Assembly (NCBI GenBank): GCA_965198175.1
Contig: OZ240245.1
Coordinates: 1,024,001-1,088,000, forward strand
DNA from: Candidatus Poribacteria bacterium
GTDB lineage: Bacteria > Poribacteria > WGA-4E > PCPOR2b
Direction: 5' to 3'
Length of the DNA stretch: 64,000 nt
Shown: positions 40,487 through 51,392 of the stretch, piece by piece
Position numbering within the stretch: the first letter of the stretch is position 1
How the letters are laid out: each line of letters begins with the position of its first letter
Notes under the pieces: generated by a model
Told to the model about the DNA's origin: nothing
Databases searched by the model: none
What the model saw: the letters and a program-made list of their open reading frames with translations, nothing else
Position numbers and translations under genes: made by a program

Positions 40487-41791
40487 TTAGTCCTGATTTC
40501 TATCAAACCGGGTTGTCATCGCGGCTGCATGTCCGTCAAGTCCTTCTACCTGTGCTAGTTTGACCACAGCGGGTGTGACCTTTTTTAGGGCGGATTCTGT
40601 ATAAGAGATAACGCTTGTTTTCTTAAGAAAATCGTCCACGTTCAAAGGAGAAGCATATCGTGCTGCGCCGCCTGTTGGAAGGACGTGATTTGGTCCGGCA
40701 ACATAATCACCGACCGATTCCGGTGTGTAGGGTCCGACCATAATTGCACCTGCATTGTGAATTGCGCCAATCCACTCAAATGGGTTTTTCACTTCCAACT
40801 CAACATGCTCAGGCGCAATTGCGTTTGCCAGATTGACCGCTTCCGCCAGATCTGCGACGACAAATGCTGCGCTGTAGTTCTCAAACGCGCTTGTGAGTTC
40901 AGACTGACGAGACAATACTTTCATCTGTGATTCAACCTCTTTGCGGACCTGCTCGGCGAGCGCTCTAAATGGAGTCACAAGAATCGCACAGCTATCTTCA
41001 CTGTGTTCTGCCTGAGAGATTAGATCTGCTGCAATGTAAGCCGGTTCCGCGCTTTGATCAGCGATAACGAGGATTTCACTCGGACCTGCCAATTTGTCGA
41101 TGTCGACCAAACCGTAGACTTCTTTCTTGGCAAGTTGAACAAAAGAGTTGCCTGGCCCGACAATCTTGTCTACTTTTGGTAGAGTTTCCGTTCCATAAGC
41201 CATTGCCCCGACAGCTTGGGCGCCACCACACTTGTAAACCTCTTGGACGCCACATTCTGCTGCTGCAACGAGCATATGTGGATTAATCCTCCGATTCCGC
41301 ATGGGCCCCATGAATACGGCAATCTCTTCAACGCCGGCAACTTTTGCAGGAACCACGTTCATAATCAGCGACGAAACCAATAGCTGGCTTACAGAAGGAA
41401 CACATACGCCGACACGCTTCAATGGGCGAATCAAATGCCCTAAAAGGACACCGTTTTCTTCGGTAGAGAACCATGAATTTCGTAACTGCTTCTGATGAAA
41501 TCTTTCGATGTTTTGCCGTGCAAGCCTGACAGCATCAAGAAATTCTGAATCAACGTGTGATTGTGCGTCATTAAATTCTTTTTCCTTTACCCGCAGGTCT
41601 TTCACGGATATTCTCGGCGCATCAAACTTTCGCGTATATTTGATAACGGCTGTATCGCCATTTTTACGAACATCCTGTAATATCCGGCGCACCGTTTTCA
41701 GAACCGCCTCATCATCGAGTCGCCCGCGAAGACTTAACTGACTAACGAACGCCTGCGCTTCTTCGGTATGCGATTCAAAAATCTTGAACAT
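40487..41791 (-). CDS. hisD: Histidinol dehydrogenase
   Basis: GGAQAV, KIVGPGN, AGPSE, DLISQAEH, APEH, GDYVAGPNHVLPT. Confidence 0.96.
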   Translation of the reverse strand: MFKIFESHTEEAQAFVSQLSLRGRLDDEAVLKTVRRILQDVRKNGDTAVIKYTRKFDAPRISVKDLRVKEKEFNDAQSHVDSEFLDAVRLARQNIERFHQKQLRNSWFSTEENGVLLGHLIRPLKRVGVCVPSVSQLLVSSLIMNVVPAKVAGVEEIAVFMGPMRNRRINPHMLVAAAECGVQEVYKCGGAQAVGAMAYGTETLPKVDKIVGPGNSFVQLAKKEVYGLVDIDKLAGPSEILVIADQSAEPAYIAADLISQAEHSEDSCAILVTPFRALAEQVRKEVESQMKVLSRQSELTSAFENYSAAFVVADLAEAVNLANAIAPEHVELEVKNPFEWIGAIHNAGAIMVGPYTPESVGDYVAGPNHVLPTGGAARYASPLNVDDFLKKTSVISYTESALKKVTPAVVKLAQVEGLDGHAAAMTTRFDRNQD

Positions 41792-42052
41792 GGAAAACTC
41801 CTTAACTCGACAACGGGGTGCTGCTACGACTTGGATGCATCTACCTATGTTAATCGCTCAACATCAAGTGAAACAGTTTGTTATAAAGTCATCTGATGAC
41901 ACAAACAAAAACGTGAGAACCATCTAATAATCCTTATTATACCATATTTCCCGGTGTAGTGTTGGATCTCTAATCGCAATCATCAAGCATGAATGTCTCT
42001 CTCAACAACTGATCATTATTTATCCGACGGCTGGATGGATTCAGTGGTCAAT

Positions 42053-44094
42053 TTACTCAGACACCTTCCACAATAGTACCGTTCCATCCAGTGACCCCAA
42101 TGCGAGCTTTGAGCCATCGGGCGAGAACGCCACAGCGCGGACATTGCCGGTATGTCCTGGGAATGTAGCGATGTGTGTTCTCGTCAGAACATCCCACAAC
42201 TCTACCGTGTCATCCCACGACCCGGACGCTAGTTTTGTGCCATCCGCAGAAAATGCGACAGAGAAGCCCGGAGAATGCGCCCCGTCTGTGAGTGCTGGAA
42301 GCAGTTGCCCTGTCCCTACATCCCACAGCCTGACGCCATTCCATGACGCAGAGGCAAGTTTCGTCCCGTCCGGAGAAAATGCGACAGATTGGACAGAATC
42401 CCTGATGATCTCAGCTTCAACATCAGCGGCATTGTCCATCTGAACTTCGTTGATGTCCTCACGCGGACGGGGAGCGGGTAGCACTTCCACCGGGACTTGG
42501 GGGTTATTTATGCCTCCTAGTGTATACAGTGCTTTGCCAGTCGGGATCTCCCACAGACGAATTGACGTATCATCTGCCCCGGAAGCCAGTTTCGTTCCGT
42601 CGGGCGAAAACGCGACAGCGTTGATTGATTTCTCATGTCCTTGAAGTATGGCGATATTTTGTCCTGTTTTGACTGCCCACACTTTGATGGTTCTATCCTG
42701 TGACGCTGAAGCGAGCAACGTACCGTCGCGCGTGAGTACGCGACAGCGGTCACGAAGTCCGTGTGCCCTTGTAGGATAGTGAGATAGTGTCCCGTTTTTG
42801 CATGCCAAAAATTAACTGTATGCTCGGCATTCCTTGCATTTGCTGAACCCGTGGCAAGCGTCGTACCATTCGGGGAATATGCAAGGGAGGTGACAAAATT
42901 CGGAGGTCCTGCGAGTGTGGTGATATGTCGTCCGGTGGAAACCTCCCACATTTGGACTCCACTCATCGAATTTGAGGCGAGGGTCAACCCGTCAGGCGAG
43001 AAGGCAACAGAATTAACCACCCGTGTATGGACGGGTAAGGCGGTGAGATATTGCCCGGTCTCTACATCCCACAGCTTGACACCATCCCATGCTACTGAGG
43101 CAAGTTTCGTCCCGCCAGGCGAAAACGCAACAGAGAAAACATCAATTGAAAGCTCAAGTTTGCCGATATCGATGTGTTGCCGTGTGTAGAGATGCTGCCC
43201 AGTCGGTACTTCCAACAGTTTGATACCCTCCGCTGACGCCGCAGCGAGTTTTGTGCCGTCGGGTGAGAACACAACACACAAAGAGTTGCCATCACTCGGT
43301 TTCTCTGTAAATGTAGCGGTGTTTTGCCCCGTCTCTACATTCCACAGTTTGACTGTTCCATCGCTCGCGGACCCCGAAGCCAATATCCGTCCATCGGGTG
43401 AAAACGCGATCGATGAGATTCGTTCTACAGGCGGTGTAGGGGTGAGGGTGTTGAGGAGTTGTCCTGTTTCGACATCGTAAAACTTGACAACACCTGCCCG
43501 GATCCGCTTAACAACACTTATGCCTGTCCCTGCGAGAATCTTGCCATCAGGCGAAAACGCCACATCGAACAATCCGTTATCCTGAAGTATGTCGAGTTGT
43601 TGTTTTGTTTCCACATCCCACAGTCTATCTGCCCAAGCCAGTTTTGCGCTGTCGGGGGAGAACGCAACAGAGTCGACCGAACCGCTCTCTACTTGGAATG
43701 TAGCGATATTTTGTCCGGTCTCGACATCCCAGAGTTTGAGCGTTCCGGGCAAATTGAAGCCTGACCCTGAAGCCAGTTTTCTGCCATCAGGTGAGAACGC
43801 CACAGTAGTAACCTCTTCTTTGTGCCCTGTCAGCAGTGCAATTTCATTAAACGTCTCTGCATCGTAAAGCCAAACGCCGATGCTGGTCGCCACAGCTAGG
43901 CGGTTTCCATCGGGCGAAAACGCGATACCTCTGTCGCTGTAACTCACCCCACCCTTCCCCAAGCGGGCGATGGCGCCGTCAGGTAAATTGAGCTTTGAAT
44001 AATCTTGAATTTGGGAGACAGAAACTGGGGTGAAACTAGACAAGGTAAAGCCGATTAATAGGATAAGTGCGAAACGAAATGTTTGGAATTTCAA
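42053..44094 (-). pseudogene. WD40 repeat protein split by a frameshift near 42730
   Basis: Signal peptide, LPDGAIARLGKG and many AFSPDG...LW repeats. Track ORFs 42517-44094 and 42053-42808 join if 2 nt are removed from a CG run (VAYSR-DGTLLAS). Confidence 0.8.
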
Positions 44095-44100
44095 ACTAAA

Positions 44101-45342
44101 TCACTTCTCCTTGGCCTGCGTTTTAGCGGGTGGATTATCCCGTTCAATGATAGCCAGTCTGGTAGATTGCCATTCCTGGTTTCGAGGGCCAACATCGGAC
44201 CAATCCGATACTCCGTCCATGCGGACATAGTCCTCATCGCCCGCGCCCGCGTCCATCGGTTCAAAGGGCGCCCAGTTGGTGTAGGTGACCGGCTCACCGC
44301 TCGTCCATTTCCATTCGCCCTCCTTCTCAAAATCGGTCAGCCCGATCCAATAGGGACTCATGGCAAAGGTCATCGCGACCCACTTCTGTTCCGCGGCATC
44401 GTTTATAGCGACCAAGTATGCATCTTCGGCAACCGCTTGGGTGTTCGCATCGTCCCAACTTTCGCAGCGGATGCTCTTGTAAGCGTGTCCATTTGCCGGA
44501 TTCACGACCCACACTCCGGCGCCGAGCGGTAACGGAGATGTTGACACAGATGCCGGGGGCGGGTGCGCTACCCCCTCTTCCGGGGTGACATCTGGCATTA
44601 TCGGATGGCTCGCTAACATGAAGACCAAATCATCTTTTGTTTCACCCTCTTGAAGTTGGAACGGTGCTGCCGTTACCGATAGTCCCTTAAAGTTAACCGT
44701 TACCGTGTAGATTCCGGGCGACCTTACAGTTTCCACAAAGTAACCTACGTCGTCTGTCATGGGCGCTGAACCAGTGCTGCCGGTATTCATCCCATCTGGG
44801 GAGCGGTAGTGTGTTTCAACCTGAACCCTTGCGTTGGCAAGCGGCGACCCGTTGGTGAAGACGACTTTTCCCCGTATTCGCGCGTGGGGCTTCACCTTGA
44901 TTTCAACGTCCGAGATGTGTGTCATTGGTTTAATGGATAAACTGATTCCGCCGTCTAATTGATGGCGATGGACAGTCACCGCCCCAATTTTGATGGATTG
45001 GATTTCACTGTCGTGCTCAAAGTACTGACCCATGTTAGACTCGGCTTGGGTGGTGCCTCCGATCCGAATCGGGATCGGATCGATACCGGTGATAGAGAAA
45101 CGTCCCGCATCGTCGGTCCGCGCGACCAAGTCAGGTGCTATCAGCTGTTTTACGCCATCAACGACTTCATAGGATTGAACACCTACCGTAAACCCGGCAA
45201 CCGGATTCCCCTCCATATCAATAACGCGCCCCGATAATGTACAGGTAGTCTCTTGAGCGGCGATGGGAGATGCCGCAATTTGCAAGAATACAACAATTGT
45301 AGCAAGAAGTGTAAAATTTTGTCTGCGAAAGTAAAGAGTCAT
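44101..45342 (-). CDS. Secreted protein with carboxypeptidase-regulatory-like domains and C-terminal C-type lectin domain; paralog A
   Basis: LSGRVID..G.PV, TD..GRF; NGHAYK...SWDDA...LVAIND..EQ.W...YWIGLTD...W.W.SGEPVTYTNW. Confidence 0.82.
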   Translation of the reverse strand: MTLYFRRQNFTLLATIVVFLQIAASPIAAQETTCTLSGRVIDMEGNPVAGFTVGVQSYEVVDGVKQLIAPDLVARTDDAGRFSITGIDPIPIRIGGTTQAESNMGQYFEHDSEIQSIKIGAVTVHRHQLDGGISLSIKPMTHISDVEIKVKPHARIRGKVVFTNGSPLANARVQVETHYRSPDGMNTGSTGSAPMTDDVGYFVETVRSPGIYTVTVNFKGLSVTAAPFQLQEGETKDDLVFMLASHPIMPDVTPEEGVAHPPPASVSTSPLPLGAGVWVVNPANGHAYKSIRCESWDDANTQAVAEDAYLVAINDAAEQKWVAMTFAMSPYWIGLTDFEKEGEWKWTSGEPVTYTNWAPFEPMDAGAGDEDYVRMDGVSDWSDVGPRNQEWQSTRLAIIERDNPPAKTQAKEK

Positions 45343-45408
45343 GGTAAAACCTCCTTTTGAGTAGCTCTGAAATATAAAGATAGCCTAAATGAAGTGGTCA
45401 GAACTCGG

Positions 45409-46680
45409 TTAATTGTCCTCTACGGGTGACTTGCCGGGCAAACTTCCCTTTTCGAGAATCGCCATGCCGGAACTCTCCCAATCCGGTCCTTCTGTGCCAA
45501 CGTTATACCAGTTCCCGCCTTGAAAACGTGACATGAAGGCGTAATCTGCTTCGTTATTGCCGGTTGTCTTCGGTTCGCCGGGCGCCCAGTTGGTGTATGT
45601 GACCGCTTCGCCGCTTGTCCATCGCCACACGCCTTCCGATTCCGCGTCAGTCAGCCCAATCCAATAGGGGCCAGAGCCAAAGGTTCCCATGAGCCACTGT
45701 TGTTCCACGGCGTCGTTAATTGAGACCAGATGTGCATCTTCGGCGACAGCTTTCGCTTGTGCGTCATCCCAACTCCTGCAGCGGATGCTCTTGTAACTGT
45801 GACCGTTTTCCGGGTTTACCACCCACTCCGTTATGTCGTCCCATTTCGCCTTATTGGGCGTTGAATCGATGGGAATCGGTTCGTTGTCCAGCATCAAAAC
45901 CAGATCATCGCGTCGTTGTTTAGCTTCAAGCAAAAACCGTTCCGAGATTACCGAAAGTCCTTGAAATTCGACCGCAACCGTGTAGTACCCGGGCTCATTC
46001 ACATATTTCATAAAGTAGCCCGCATAGTCTGTCTGAGCATCGCTGCGCGAACTACCCGTGCCTGATCCGTCGAAATCTTGTCGTCGAACCTCAAGCCGAA
46101 CCTGTGCGTTGGCAAGGGGTGTCCCGTCGGCATAGACGATTTGCCCTCGAATTCGCATTCGAGGTCGTATCGTAATTTCGACATTTTCGAGGTGCACTTC
46201 GGGATCGATGGAAAACGTCAGTTCACCAAATGGCAGCTCGCTTAACCGATAAGGATAGAGGGTTACCGCTCCGATTTGGATAGAAAGAACGTCAGCATCC
46301 GAGATAAGATTGTTGAAGTCAGGCGGCAGTGTTCCATCGTCGGGAAGATGCCCAGCCGGTGCAACGAATACAATGGGACCTGGTCTGATACCTGCGACGG
46401 AAAACTGCCCCTCCGCGTCGGTTTTCGATTTAATCAGAGGGATATACGACTCTGGCATGAAATCCTTTAGGAGGGACGCCGGTACCAGCTCGCCGTAGAT
46501 GTTTGTAAAAGGTACTACAGCTATGGGGAGTTCTGGAATTGGATTGCCATTGACGTCAACCACGTGACCGGATAGCGTACATGCGGCGTCCTGAGCGATG
46601 CCGAGTGGCGATGAAAGGAGCGAAAGTGCTACAAGTGCGGAGAGAGTTTTCAGGTTAGGTCTGCCGTATGAAAGGTTCAT
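45409..46680 (-). CDS. Secreted protein with carboxypeptidase-regulatory-like domains and C-terminal C-type lectin domain; paralog B
   Basis: Same architecture with WIGL motif; ATG 46680 after AAGGAGG. Confidence 0.82.
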   Translation of the reverse strand: MNLSYGRPNLKTLSALVALSLLSSPLGIAQDAACTLSGHVVDVNGNPIPELPIAVVPFTNIYGELVPASLLKDFMPESYIPLIKSKTDAEGQFSVAGIRPGPIVFVAPAGHLPDDGTLPPDFNNLISDADVLSIQIGAVTLYPYRLSELPFGELTFSIDPEVHLENVEITIRPRMRIRGQIVYADGTPLANAQVRLEVRRQDFDGSGTGSSRSDAQTDYAGYFMKYVNEPGYYTVAVEFQGLSVISERFLLEAKQRRDDLVLMLDNEPIPIDSTPNKAKWDDITEWVVNPENGHSYKSIRCRSWDDAQAKAVAEDAHLVSINDAVEQQWLMGTFGSGPYWIGLTDAESEGVWRWTSGEAVTYTNWAPGEPKTTGNNEADYAFMSRFQGGNWYNVGTEGPDWESSGMAILEKGSLPGKSPVEDN

Positions 46681-46877
46681 CGTCTTGCCTCCTTCTGTGT
46701 CTATCATTCGTCAGTTGATACGGATTGGTTTGCGCTTTTCTTAATTGTTTCCTCCATAGCGCAAGGCGTTGAGCCTGTGAAAGACGACACCGTGCGGGTT
46801 TTGAATCATCGTCATTGCGCTATTTTGCGCTGTGAGAACCGGACACGGCGGGGGCGAATACGGATACTCTAATGTTC

Positions 46878-47296
46878 TTTTGATAAGTAGTGTAGGTTGG
46901 GTTGAAAGGTTATTTGTGTATGAGCTTCGCTTTTAATCCATTTCACCTTTCAAAAACTCAATTTTTCCGGACTGAGATCTAGCAGTGGAGCGGGTTCGCG
47001 CGGTGCGAAAATTTACGTAAATGGATTAAGTAATGAAACGCGATATATTTTAATCCTGTCGTGGAGCGGTTCCGGGCGATTTGGATTAGTACGGCAATCC
47101 ATTTTTAATCCATTTCTAGCGTGCGTCATTGTAAGATTGTGAATCCTCCGCTCCAGAATTAGCCGTCAAAAAACATAAACTACAGCCTTTTGTGAACCTT
47201 CGAAGCGGTGTCAGGATTCAGTGGAACCTTTATCGCGCTTCCTATTCGGTCGCTTGATCGTTCAACCCAACCTACTTTTTCTGACACTTTTCAAAA
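46878..47296. repeat. Non-coding nested-palindrome element (MITE / GTAG-REP-like)
   Basis: Perfect 15-bp inverted repeat GTAGGTTGGGTTGAA (46892-46906 / 47261-47275), outer 10/11 inverted repeat and several internal inverted pairs. Confidence 0.7.
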
Positions 47297-47301
47297 TGGA
47301 T

Positions 47302-49296
47302 TCAGTCGTCAATTAACTCAGACACCTTCCACAGTAGTGCCGTTCCATCGCGCGATCCCGACGCAAGGGTGTTGCCATCTGGAGTAAAAGCAACAGAGAA
47401 AACCGCCTCTCCATGCCCGTGTCGGGTAGCAATATTTCGTTCTGTTTCGACATCCCATAGTTCGATTTTCCCACTTGTTCCAATAGCTAGCATCTTGCTG
47501 TCTGGTGAAAACGCAAAGGTGCCCGTACCACCTCGTTCTTTTCGTAACGTTGCGATGTTTTTGCCCGTCGAAATTTCCCAAAGTTTGATGCCATCAAACG
47601 ACCCCGAAGCAAGGGTTGTCCTATCGGGCGAGAATGCGACACCGAAACTGTAAGATTCTTGTAGCGTTGAGACATTTTTCCACGTTTCGGTATCCCACAG
47701 TTTTAAGCCATCATTTGACCCTACAGCGAGTGTTGTACTGTCGGGCGAAAACGAGACATAGATGCCTCTCTCGGTTTGTGCTTCCAATGTTTTGAGACTT
47801 CGGCGCGTCAAGACATCCCACACTTTGGGCGGAACAGCCCACAGTTTGACCATTCCATGCGGCGACTCCTCAGTTCCTCTTAAAGCCCCTCTTGATCCCA
47901 CAGCAAGTTTCGTGCCGTCGGGTGAGTATGCTAGGGATTCGACCTCACCGCTATGTCCACGTAGCATCGCTACTCTTCGCCCACTCTTAACATCCGCGAG
48001 CTTGACCGTTCCATCGTATTTGCCCAATGCGAGTGTGTTGCCATCTGGCGAGTATGCCATGGACCAGACATTTTCCTTAGACAGTGTAGAGATATGTTGT
48101 CCCGTCATTACCTCCCAGAACTTTACCGTGCTATTCCCCAGCGCCATCGCAAAAGTGCTCCCATTCGGCGAAAACGCCACCGCGTAATTTGTCCCTGTAT
48201 GCCCTTGAAACGTGGCGATATTTTCCCCTGTAGAGACGTCCCAGAACTTGACCGTTCCATCCGTTCCGCCGAAGCGATCTGTGTTCGCCACGGCGACTAT
48301 CTTGCTGTCCGGTGAAAATGTGACGGCACCGGGTCTACCCTCATACTTGAATGTTGTGATATTTCTTTTCGTTATAACGTCCCATAGTTTGACGGCATTC
48401 CATGACCCTGAGACGAGTGTGGTACCGTCGGGTGAGTAAATCACATCTTTGACATGATTGGTATGCTCAAGAGTAGTTACATTTTTCTTCGTCGAGATGT
48501 TCCACAATCTGACGCTCTTACTAGCTGCCGCGGCAAGTGTCTCGCCATTCGGCGAAAAGGCTACGGAAGATACGTTACTAGCATGTTGAAACGTGGCGAA
48601 AGTTTCTCCGGTTGCTACCTCCCACAGTTTAACGGTGTCGTCCTCCGCCCCCGAAGCAAGGGTTGCTCCGTCCGGCGAAAATGCCACAGAGAAGATTCGA
48701 TGCTTATGCCCATTCAACGTCGCAAGATGTGCCCGCGTTTGAACGTCCCAGAGTTTAATTTCCTCCCATGCCCCCGAAGCGAGGGTTTTCCCATCGGGCG
48801 AAAACGCCAGGGCGTCAACCGCCCCCGTAGTCCCCCCAAGCCCATGCCTAATGCTTGTAGAGAAGTGTTGTCCGGTTTCGACCGCCCAGAGTTGAATCGT
48901 TCCGTCCCCTGACCCCGAAGCGAGTATCTTCCCGTCCGGCGAGTACGCCACAGATCTGGCTAGAGTTGCATGCTCGCTAGTGAGTAACGTGAGTTCACGT
49001 CCTGTTTCTACTTCGTAGATCCAGATACCGATACCGCTCGTGACTGCGAGATGTTTTCCGTCGGGCGAAAAGGCAATTGCTCTGTCCGAACCGCCCATGA
49101 CACCCTTTCCCAAACGGACGAAGGCGCCATCAGGTAATTCCCACGTCTGGCTATTTTGATGGTTAGCGGCTTTAGCATCGTGCGCAATGGAAACCGGTTG
49201 GCGCAGCAGCCCTGTCTCAATGAAAAAACAGATTAGTATGGAAAGGCATGTCCACAATCGTGGTTTAGGGGGGAAACAAAAAAATTGTGCGTTCAT
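47302..49296 (-). CDS. WD40 repeat protein
   Basis: LPDGAFVRLGKG followed by about 14 [FY]SPD[GS]...LW repeats; N-terminal hydrophobic segment. Confidence 0.92.
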   Translation of the reverse strand: MNAQFFCFPPKPRLWTCLSILICFFIETGLLRQPVSIAHDAKAANHQNSQTWELPDGAFVRLGKGVMGGSDRAIAFSPDGKHLAVTSGIGIWIYEVETGRELTLLTSEHATLARSVAYSPDGKILASGSGDGTIQLWAVETGQHFSTSIRHGLGGTTGAVDALAFSPDGKTLASGAWEEIKLWDVQTRAHLATLNGHKHRIFSVAFSPDGATLASGAEDDTVKLWEVATGETFATFQHASNVSSVAFSPNGETLAAAASKSVRLWNISTKKNVTTLEHTNHVKDVIYSPDGTTLVSGSWNAVKLWDVITKRNITTFKYEGRPGAVTFSPDSKIVAVANTDRFGGTDGTVKFWDVSTGENIATFQGHTGTNYAVAFSPNGSTFAMALGNSTVKFWEVMTGQHISTLSKENVWSMAYSPDGNTLALGKYDGTVKLADVKSGRRVAMLRGHSGEVESLAYSPDGTKLAVGSRGALRGTEESPHGMVKLWAVPPKVWDVLTRRSLKTLEAQTERGIYVSFSPDSTTLAVGSNDGLKLWDTETWKNVSTLQESYSFGVAFSPDRTTLASGSFDGIKLWEISTGKNIATLRKERGGTGTFAFSPDSKMLAIGTSGKIELWDVETERNIATRHGHGEAVFSVAFTPDGNTLASGSRDGTALLWKVSELIDD

Positions 49297-49758
49297 GGGT
49301 TCGTCCTCCCCCGCCCGTAATAACAGGCGTGCCAGAGTACGTTTTTAGGATAACTTTGGTTCAATAGAATAGAATCGGGTTCCAAGCCTATCTTTAGCGC
49401 CTAGCAGTAAAGCCATATTATACTTTATTCTCCACAATAAGGCAAAATCATTTGCCAGTCGGTAAGGGTTTCGGTTAGGTCAATCGAGCCACGCACATTT
49501 AGGATGTCTGGTTGACTGCGCCATCAATCGGGAAAATGTAAAAGCGGTACGACAAGTCCTACGAAACGGAGGCTGCCAGTGACTGACACGGCTGCCTCAA
49601 TGGTCGATACGACGCACACTGAGCTTGGGAGCGAACCAAAAAGGATAAGGAGGGTTTTTATTCCATTTTGCACGGATTGCTGCCAGTTGATTTTTGTTCG
49701 GTCATGTGTTACACTAGCGCTCGAAACCAGAAACTGATTCAATTTAGTGAAGGTAATC

Positions 49759-50295
49759 ATGTCATCCGTCACCCTACAATCATACCTAACGCCAATTAGT
49801 CTCATACTCGCGCTTCTTATCGCATCTTCGTGCGGCTTTGAAGGTATATTTCAGCCGGTTAGCGAAACGCAAGAAGACGAGATAAAGACGACGTTGAAAG
49901 GTCGGTCGTTCCGTCAATTTGATCCTGACAAAGACGCTAGTCCGCGCAAAGGGGTTATTCTGGATTTCTTTGACGGAATTAATCTCTGGGCGCAATATGC
50001 CGAGGGCGATCACGCAATCAACGAGTGGGAGGTTTTCGCAGCAGATTATCGCGTTGAACAAGCAGGGAATGGTTCAGAGATCAGAATCTATTTCAACGAA
50101 CCGAGTTCGGAGAAATTACTGCCGACTCAGTGTGAAAATTGTATTGAAACGTCAGGAATCTCTATTTCGGTTAGGAATGTTTTCGATAGCGAAAAGATAT
50201 CGTTCAAACTGAATGACCCTGATAAGAGTTTGCCATCACCGTTTCCTGTGTTTAAGTCGTGGACAAAATTTAGGGAGGATGAATATTTCGATTAA
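49759..50295 (+). CDS. Hypothetical lipoprotein
   Basis: Hydrophobic N-terminus ending ASSC; soluble remainder containing CENC. Confidence 0.65.
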   Translation: MSSVTLQSYLTPISLILALLIASSCGFEGIFQPVSETQEDEIKTTLKGRSFRQFDPDKDASPRKGVILDFFDGINLWAQYAEGDHAINEWEVFAADYRVEQAGNGSEIRIYFNEPSSEKLLPTQCENCIETSGISISVRNVFDSEKISFKLNDPDKSLPSPFPVFKSWTKFREDEYFD

Positions 50296-50527
50296 ATTGT
50301 CCAGCCTTCGCCTGACACGTACCGGGGCGGCGATCGAAAGCGAGAATCTGAATGGTTGGATTTACTTGTCTTCTTTACTGAGTTGATGCGGCACACATTA
50401 AGAGCCAAATGTTCGCATCTGTTGACGTACTTAAAGAAACACATCCCCAGCATGAGATTGGAGATTGCCTTTCCCAGCTTTGGATTTTTTCAATCCGAAT
50501 AGAGTAAACAAAATCCATCAACACACC

Positions 50528-50884
50528 CTAGTGTACCCTGAACGCTCCACCGTGCGGTTCTTCCACAAGGTCAGGACGAGCCGTATCGAGAAATACCTCG
50601 TGAAGTTCCAATTTGTTCGACTGCGTGAACGCCTCTTTGGGCAATGTTCCAGATTGGGCGTGTCCCTTCCGGAATTCATCCGATTCGACCCAGTTTTCAA
50701 AGTCCTTCCGCGATTCCCAAAGAGTAAACACGACGTAAGGGTCGTCTTCATTGACAGGACGCAACACTTGGTTTGAGATGAAGCCGGGCATGCCGTCAAC
50801 AAGGCGAGCACGACTATGAAAACGCGCCTCAAAGGCTTCTTGATATTCGGGTGCAACGTAAATTCGATTCGCGACAGTTATCAC
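50528..50884 (-). CDS. ABM-domain monooxygenase, IsdG/MhuD heme-degrading type
   Basis: ANRI...FEARF..R...V..MPGF...WES..DF..W..SDEFR.GH with the Asn/Trp/His triad positions. Confidence 0.82.
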   Translation of the reverse strand: MITVANRIYVAPEYQEAFEARFHSRARLVDGMPGFISNQVLRPVNEDDPYVVFTLWESRKDFENWVESDEFRKGHAQSGTLPKEAFTQSNKLELHEVFLDTARPDLVEEPHGGAFRVH

Positions 50885-51300
50885 TGCTTTGACCTCCGTT
50901 CTGCCTTCGTATGATAGACTCGAATGGGGTTATGTTGAGTGGGCTGGCTCGGTGAATTGATATCAACAAAAATATGCTCCCCGTCAACCTTCACGGGATA
51001 GGTCGCAATTTCACATTTCCCTGGCCAGATGCACTTGCCTGTCTTAACGTCAAACTGCCATTGATGAATTGGACAGACGACAACCCCGTCCTTTAACTGA
51101 CCTGAGTGTAAAATCCCGCCAACATGAGGACAGATGTTATCCACCGCAAAATACTGTCCATCGACGTTGTGGATGCCGATGAAATGTCCCTCTAACTTCG
51201 TGTCGATGCAGCTTCCGGGACTAATTTCGCCCGTCTTGGCTGCTATGATGAATCGAGGGGTCCGCGGATTATGTTGAATCTCTTGAACTTGTAACGTCAT
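50881..51300 (-). CDS. Rieske [2Fe-2S] ferredoxin
   Basis: CPH...CPIHQWQFD motifs. Confidence 0.88.
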   Translation of the reverse strand: MTLQVQEIQHNPRTPRFIIAAKTGEISPGSCIDTKLEGHFIGIHNVDGQYFAVDNICPHVGGILHSGQLKDGVVVCPIHQWQFDVKTGKCIWPGKCEIATYPVKVDGEHIFVDINSPSQPTQHNPIRVYHTKAERRSKQ

Positions 51301-51392
51301 ATTACTCCTCGGATTTTGTTGACATAAACAACGTGCTTCCAAAATATTTAAGGCTAATGTCGAAAGCCTAGAAGGATGAGTGGACCTCATTT

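Noticed and set aside
41792..42052. Possible His attenuator upstream of hisD
   Set aside because: Short upstream ORFs have no His run and there is no terminator hairpin; only an extended -10-like TGGTATAAT is visible.
42053..49296. Recurrent GGCGAAAACGC-like repeats resembling a CRISPR or DNA repeat array
   Set aside because: They are the coding AFSPDG motif of WD40 repeats, degenerate at third positions.
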